From a virus: a DNA stretch of 64,000 nucleotides. Below are positions 58,820 to 64,000 of the stretch, piece after piece. The DNA is taken from positions 1 through 64,000 of IMG/VR virus record IMGVR_UViG_3300042453_004661; one strand, given 5' to 3'. Made by a program: the position numbers and the translations under genes. Below the pieces are notes generated by a model. The model did no database searches and was not told the origin of the DNA. It saw only the letters and a list, made by a program, of their open reading frames with translations. Position 1 is the first letter of the stretch. Each line of letters starts with the position of its first letter.

Positions 58820-61800
58820 ATGTCAAAATCCCATAAAAAACAAGATGTTAAGAATGCAAGCTCGGGAAATCCTAGTTCTGGTATGCCAGAAAAGGTCCCA
58901 GGCGGTCTCTCGTCCGGCAAAAGCCCCAAGGATTTTGATCAACAGAAGCTAGCTGACGGTATCAAGGTCGAAATGGAGCATACGACAGATAAGGACATAG
59001 CTCAAGAGATTGCTATGGACCATCTGAGCGAAGATCCTGACTACTACAAGAAGCTCAAGGCTATTGAGGCAAAAAAGTCCGAACCACTTTCAAAGCCATA
59101 CGCTTCCGAGGCTCAGCGTCGATGGGCTCATACCCCGGCTGGCAAAGAAGCCCTGGGTGGAGAAAAAGCTGTAGCTCATTGGAATAAGGAGTCAAAAGGT
59201 AAGAAATTGCCAGAGCGGGTAGAGAAGTCCGAGACCGCACCATCCGAAGCTCCTTCACAAGAAGATCTATCTCAGCAATATGAAAAGCTATTGCATAATC
59301 ATTATCCAAAAGACTTTGTCGATACCGTAATCCGTGGAGACAAAGCATCTGCCCAATTTCTGGGAGGTCCGATATCTCATGAAAAGCATGGCAATTTGAT
59401 TGTCCGATACGCCGAAGGCCCGAAGAGTCTTGGCATTATGGGGCTATTTTCTGCTACTGGTCGTATCCGCCCATCGGAAGCAGAAGGCATTAAGAGCTGG
59501 CTTGGCCGAGCAAGATCGTCGTTAGATCAGGGCAAAGATGTTTATGTCAGCTTAAATCATCATTCTGAGCCTATTTTTATGAGGGCTCTCAAGGGTGGCG
59601 ATTTTGACTCAGAAACATTGTCTTCTCACGATTTTCCCTGGGGTACTTGGAAAACAGTAAAAGTTAGTAAGAAAAACATGGCTAAATCTGAAGACTTTGA
59701 AAAAGGAGCTAAGGGCGATTGGCAAAAGGAAGGCTACACAATCCACTATACCACCCCCAAAACAAGGCGAGCTTTTGCAACAAAAATTGGCTCACCACTT
59801 GTGGAAGATGGGGCAGTAAATGGCGATCACACTATTTGGGCTGTAAGCCCATCTGGAAAGAAGGTTGGGCATTTAGATATCGATAACCACCAAGATAATA
59901 GCATGTTTGCTCTTGAGACAGAAGTTGATGAAGATCATCAGAGAAAAGGCCTAGCCTCGGCCATGTACCGATTGGCAGAAGAAAAAACGGGAAGAAAATT
60001 CTCACCAAGCCCTCATCAAACAGATGAAGGTGCAGCTATCTGGAACCAGCCTAACCGCCCATTTGGTAAATCTGAAGATTTTGAAAAGGCGAGAGAGCCA
60101 GAGCCGGACTTTGATGTTGGGGCTGTATCAACGAGTAGCGATACCGAAAAAAAGCCCAAAGCTTCTGAATTAAATATCACGGTCAAAGGCAAGCCTGTTG
60201 CTCCTAATCTAGACATCAAAAATGCCGTTAAGTCTGAATTTGATCACAAAAACGGAATACTCCATACACCCAGAGGAAGCTTTCAGTTAAGGTTTCCAGA
60301 AAAAGGTGACAAGAAATATAAGAAGATTTTGAATTCCCCAGAAATTCAAGAAGTCCATAGAAGAGCTATGAAGAATTGGTTTAGGCTCAACGAAGTAGTT
60401 AGAAATGGCGGGCATCTTCCTGACGAGGTTGTGGCTCATGCAAATTTATTTTCTATCTTGTCTGCCAATACACCAGTTCCACAAACTGAACTTCTTTACT
60501 CAAGATTAAAAGATGTAATGGGACAACAAGGGCTTGATCCTAGAACAAAGAAATTTGGAGAAGCATTTTTGCCTGGCGGTGAAGGCCGGGAAGGCTGGAG
60601 AGCATCCGATAGCCCAACAGAAATGCCAGAACACTCGAGGGAATACTGGGAAGGAAGAGCAAAACCCACTATCACACAAATGAGGGCCAGTAAAGGAACT
60701 GGAAGGCAGGCCGGAGATATTGTTAAGCTCGGGTCTCTTGATGCATTTAGTGACAGGATTCAAAAATACCCACAGGCCCATAGATATATTGCAGATCTAG
60801 TTGCTCAGCATGGTGGGGATACCCAAAAGATCGTATCCCAGATGATGGCCGATAGATCAAATGGAAAACTCCCCGATGATCATCCAATGCAAATTGGCGT
60901 AGGCCTTGGATCTAAGACTTCACGATTTGCCGTATCAATGATGGGCGGAGGCCAATCTGTTGTCCCTGATACCCATTTTGTAAGGCACATATTTGGACTT
61001 GATTCAAATACGGATTCAGATACAATCCACTATCTCAAGAATGTTTTGTGGAAATACAAAAATCATCATATTTTGAACTCATTGGATCAATTTTACAGAG
61101 AAAATCATCCTGCCGTAGATTTTGTCAAGAATGCATACTTTGGCGGTAAGGATGATCCTCATTCGGTATTTCCGGCATTCTGGCTACACTGGCTAGGCAT
61201 TTCTCCGCACGAAAGAGAACAAGGGATTGGCAAGCCAGAAGGGGCCAAAAACATTAGCGATCATACTCCTTACTTCGACACCGCAAACGAGATCCTTGAT
61301 AGGCATGGGCTTGGAAATATTATTACCAAGTCCGAAGACGAGGAAAGACCACTGGTTCATAGAACTGCAAGTGCAGTTCATGAAATTGCCGAGAAGCTCG
61401 GAACATCTTTTGCTTCTATGATTTACTACTCCCATATCGTTCCTAAGCTTTTGGGAGAAACAACAGAAGATCATCATACGCATGCGATAGATGTAAATAA
61501 AGCCAAAAAAGTTCTTAAGCTTGCTAAGAGCCTGCTTATGGAAAAAATTGGTCAAATGACTCACAATACCCAGCCACTCTCTGTTGGGCATGATGTTTTT
61601 CAAAAAGAACTAGAATCTATCATGGGCGGATTCTCTGTTGACAACGGAGGACTTAGGTCAATGAATGACAAGAAAAAGTCTGAAGATCGTTCAAATTCAT
61701 TGAGTCAAGTTCCCAAAAAACACAGAAAGAAATTTGAAAAAGCGATGGACGAGGCCAAAAAGAAAGACAGCGTGTATGGCAGGCTCGTAATGCTTAAGTC

Positions 61801-61822
61801 CAAGATTAAGGATAAAAAGTAA
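58820..61822 (+). CDS. Polyvalent protein with DUF5661-like, GNAT and HhH-GPD DNA glycosylase-like domains
   Basis: GIKVEMEHT...IAMDHLSEDPDYY; EVDEDHQRKGLASAMY; GLGSKTSRF...VVPDTHFVR. Confidence 0.75.
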   Translation: MSKSHKKQDVKNASSGNPSSGMPEKVPGGLSSGKSPKDFDQQKLADGIKVEMEHTTDKDIAQEIAMDHLSEDPDYYKKLKAIEAKKSEPLSKPYASEAQRRWAHTPAGKEALGGEKAVAHWNKESKGKKLPERVEKSETAPSEAPSQEDLSQQYEKLLHNHYPKDFVDTVIRGDKASAQFLGGPISHEKHGNLIVRYAEGPKSLGIMGLFSATGRIRPSEAEGIKSWLGRARSSLDQGKDVYVSLNHHSEPIFMRALKGGDFDSETLSSHDFPWGTWKTVKVSKKNMAKSEDFEKGAKGDWQKEGYTIHYTTPKTRRAFATKIGSPLVEDGAVNGDHTIWAVSPSGKKVGHLDIDNHQDNSMFALETEVDEDHQRKGLASAMYRLAEEKTGRKFSPSPHQTDEGAAIWNQPNRPFGKSEDFEKAREPEPDFDVGAVSTSSDTEKKPKASELNITVKGKPVAPNLDIKNAVKSEFDHKNGILHTPRGSFQLRFPEKGDKKYKKILNSPEIQEVHRRAMKNWFRLNEVVRNGGHLPDEVVAHANLFSILSANTPVPQTELLYSRLKDVMGQQGLDPRTKKFGEAFLPGGEGREGWRASDSPTEMPEHSREYWEGRAKPTITQMRASKGTGRQAGDIVKLGSLDAFSDRIQKYPQAHRYIADLVAQHGGDTQKIVSQMMADRSNGKLPDDHPMQIGVGLGSKTSRFAVSMMGGGQSVVPDTHFVRHIFGLDSNTDSDTIHYLKNVLWKYKNHHILNSLDQFYRENHPAVDFVKNAYFGGKDDPHSVFPAFWLHWLGISPHEREQGIGKPEGAKNISDHTPYFDTANEILDRHGLGNIITKSEDEERPLVHRTASAVHEIAEKLGTSFASMIYYSHIVPKLLGETTEDHHTHAIDVNKAKKVLKLAKSLLMEKIGQMTHNTQPLSVGHDVFQKELESIMGGFSVDNGGLRSMNDKKKSEDRSNSLSQVPKKHRKKFEKAMDEAKKKDSVYGRLVMLKSKIKDKK

Positions 61823-61824
61823 AT

Positions 61825-64000
61825 ATGCCAGTAATCACGGTTGCATCAGTAACGCCAGCCACGATAACAGTTCCAGCTACTTCTCCATTTGCTGTAGGGC
61901 CAGATGCTATTGTGATTAAAGATCAATTCATGACTTACGAGTCGTATAATTCAGCCACTGGCTTATTTGTTGGCGTAGTGCCAAATCCAATTAGCCTTGG
62001 CGTAACTGTTGGCGATGTGATTGAGCAGGCTACCCAGGAGCAAAAAAGAGTCAATTCAGCCTATGAAAGACTGCTATCAAAGTTTCCTAAGAGATACCAA
62101 GTCAAGGGCACAAAGTATCTAAAAGCTTTATTGCAGGCATTGGCTAAGGGCGACGGGTTTATCGATTATGAGGTTGAGGCCGTCAGGGATAATCTTCTTG
62201 TGATGTCAGCAATCGGTAAATATCTAGATCGATTGGCTGGGCAATACGGCGTAGTCCGTGGCCAAGGTAGTGGCGTTCAAGATCCTGACTTCAGAAAGCT
62301 TGTTCCATTGGTCGGGATGAGCCCAAAGCAGATCACAAATATCCTAAATAAAGTTATCGATGTTGTATATGGTCCTTTTGCTTCTCATGCAAATGTTACC
62401 TGTTCTTTACCGGAGCCATACAATTTTCAAAACGGATGGAGCTTGCTACTTGTCGTTGACGGCAGAGAGACCCAGGTTAAGTTTCAGTCTTCAGACTTTG
62501 CTTCTATATCAAATGCATCTGCCGAAGAAGTCGCCAATATCATTACCCAAAGAACAGATGGAAAAGTTACGGGCCAAGTTATTACGAATGTAAGGACTGG
62601 GGAAAAGTTTGTCAACATCAGGACATCAACGGTAGGCGCCCAGGGCTTTATCCGGGTGTTGGGTGGGGAATGCCAAAGCAAGATGAGGTTTCCAATAATT
62701 CGCCCCACCATCATGAGTAGTGCGGTATGGAATGTCGTCCGGGTTGGTGGAACAGACGAAGTCGAATTCCAGCTAGTTTCTGGTCTTTCTCCTGCCATGA
62801 AAAATGCTGGTGTTCAAGCTGGAGACTATGTCACGATCAGGCCTGATTCCGGATTCAATGTTGCAAACGCAGGAAGCTTTGAAGTAACCTACGCCGACAA
62901 CAATGTATTCAGAGTCAAAAACCCTACCGGAGTTCCAGAGTCTGGGATCACGAATGTAAATATGGATGATTTTACATTCTTCCAGTCTAGAACAGCCAAT
63001 ATTCTCCTTTCAAGCAGGCCTGCCACAGTTATCGAGACTGCTCCGAATGAGCTAACTGTTATCTTGCCAGTGACTTCGCCTCTCGTTAAAAGGACGCTGA
63101 AGGGATCTCACCATTTGCGTGGCGGTCTAACAAATTGCATCTCAGTCACATCCAATACTGTTGAGCTTGGATCTTCTGCAGAGTTTCCTGCAGACGGAGG
63201 TTGCGTCCAGCCTACATCTTCCAGGAATACGGCAAGAGGTATTGTTTCAGCAAAAACATCTACCACGATTAGCCTTATTTCAGCAGAAGGGTGGCCGACC
63301 CGTGGCGCTGTGTGGTCCCAGGTAACTGGTGATTTTTATTACTATTCTGGAATATCTGGCAACACACTTACTGGCGTATCTCCATCTCCGCCTAACTCAA
63401 TCATCAGCGGAGAGTGCAAGTATTCGGAAAGATATTCTTTTACAGCGATTTCAGGCAACACTTTGACAGGCGTCTATCCTGATCCTGTTAATCTACTTAA
63501 TAGAGAGGTAACACAAGGATCGTCCCAGCTCGTAGATGAATACGAGGGATCTTTCTTGTATGATCTTTCTGCTCCTTTTATCGGCGCCTCAGAAAACACA
63601 ACAATATCAGAACAAATTGATCAGGGATCTGCCAGGACCGTAATCCAGGTAGGAAATGTATCTGACTTCCCGGACAAAGGATATATTGTGTTCCGCTTTG
63701 GTGAAGACGGGCAAGAAGGCCCGGTTCGGTATCAGGCAAAAGTAGGAACAGAAGCTTTAGTTATTGACCCTGGTCATGTGTTCAAAAATACACACCGATC
63801 TGGGGCAGGAATAAGACTCGTAAGGAAAATCGGGTCATACATACCTAGAGCAACGGGAGATGATCTAGCTGTCTATCTGACATCTACATCCCCTGCTAGG
63901 GATCTAATCGCAAATTACCTAAGAAGCATCGCTGCATCCGGAGTAAAAGTAAAGTTTGAAATTAGAATTCCTGACCAAAAATGGGAAGTATTGCCTAATC
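61825..64000 (+). CDS. Baseplate wedge protein (gpI/gp7-like), runs off the window and is absent from the ORF track
   Basis: Hand translation MPVITV...SAIGKYLDRLAGQYGVVR...DPDFRK. The last ~100 nt read in the same frame (SIAASGVKVKF). I did not check every codon in between. Confidence 0.75.
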   Translation, partial: MPVITVASVTPATITVPATSPFAVGPDAIVIKDQFMTYESYNSATGLFVGVVPNPISLGVTVGDVIEQATQEQKRVNSAYERLLSKFPKRYQVKGTKYLKALLQALAKGDGFIDYEVEAVRDNLLVMSAIGKYLDRLAGQYGVVRGQGSGVQDPDFRKLVPLVGMSPKQITNILNKVIDVVYGPFASHANVTCSLPEPYNFQNGWSLLLVVDGRETQVKFQSSDFASISNASAEEVANIITQRTDGKVTGQVITNVRTGEKFVNIRTSTVGAQGFIRVLGGECQSKMRFPIIRPTIMSSAVWNVVRVGGTDEVEFQLVSGLSPAMKNAGVQAGDYVTIRPDSGFNVANAGSFEVTYADNNVFRVKNPTGVPESGITNVNMDDFTFFQSRTANILLSSRPATVIETAPNELTVILPVTSPLVKRTLKGSHHLRGGLTNCISVTSNTVELGSSAEFPADGGCVQPTSSRNTARGIVSAKTSTTISLISAEGWPTRGAVWSQVTGDFYYYSGISGNTLTGVSPSPPNSIISGECKYSERYSFTAISGNTLTGVYPDPVNLLNREVTQGSSQLVDEYEGSFLYDLSAPFIGASENTTISEQIDQGSARTVIQVGNVSDFPDKGYIVFRFGEDGQEGPVRYQAKVGTEALVIDPGHVFKNTHRSGAGIRLVRKIGSYIPRATGDDLAVYLTSTSPARDLIANYLRSIAASGVKVKFEIRIPDQKWEVLPN

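Noticed and set aside
376-62798. Minus-strand and short alternative-frame ORFs in the track
   Set aside because: They overlap well-supported + strand genes and lack recognisable motifs; treated as shadow ORFs.
1-64000. Stop-codon reassignment, or an eCIS/T6SS instead of a phage
   Set aside because: Genes are long and tightly packed in the standard code with all three stops used. Neck-like genes and an early-gene island indicate a phage.

Overview
This 64 kb window is part of a large contractile-tailed (myovirus-like, probably jumbo) bacteriophage genome. All credible genes are on the + strand and read in the standard code. It contains tail-fibre/receptor-binding and lysis-like genes (1-5.8 kb), neck genes, tail sheath, three tail-tube-like paralogues, chaperones, tape measure and baseplate genes. 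An ~11 kb island of small early-type genes with strong sigma70-like promoters (TAGT-like glycosyltransferase, HNH, deaminase, Csp, ClpX) lies between the sheath and tube genes. The most striking feature is a set of large multi-domain proteins inserted among the virion genes. Their domains are repeatedly bounded by a short x-x-K-[S/A/G] motif (QMKKS, LQKS, LEKG, KSEDFEK). I interpret them as capsid-packaged, protease-processed effector polyproteins. Motif-level calls include a SAM-lyase-like domain, an mCpol/GGDEF-like cyclase, a PI4K/HipA-like kinase, a lysozyme-like domain, a PcfJ-like domain, an R-S-E ADP-ribosyltransferase, a GNAT and an HhH-GPD glycosylase. One protein carries three capped cassettes of exactly 11 shuffled LRV/HEAT-like repeats. 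All domain calls come from reading motifs by eye; no database searches were run.
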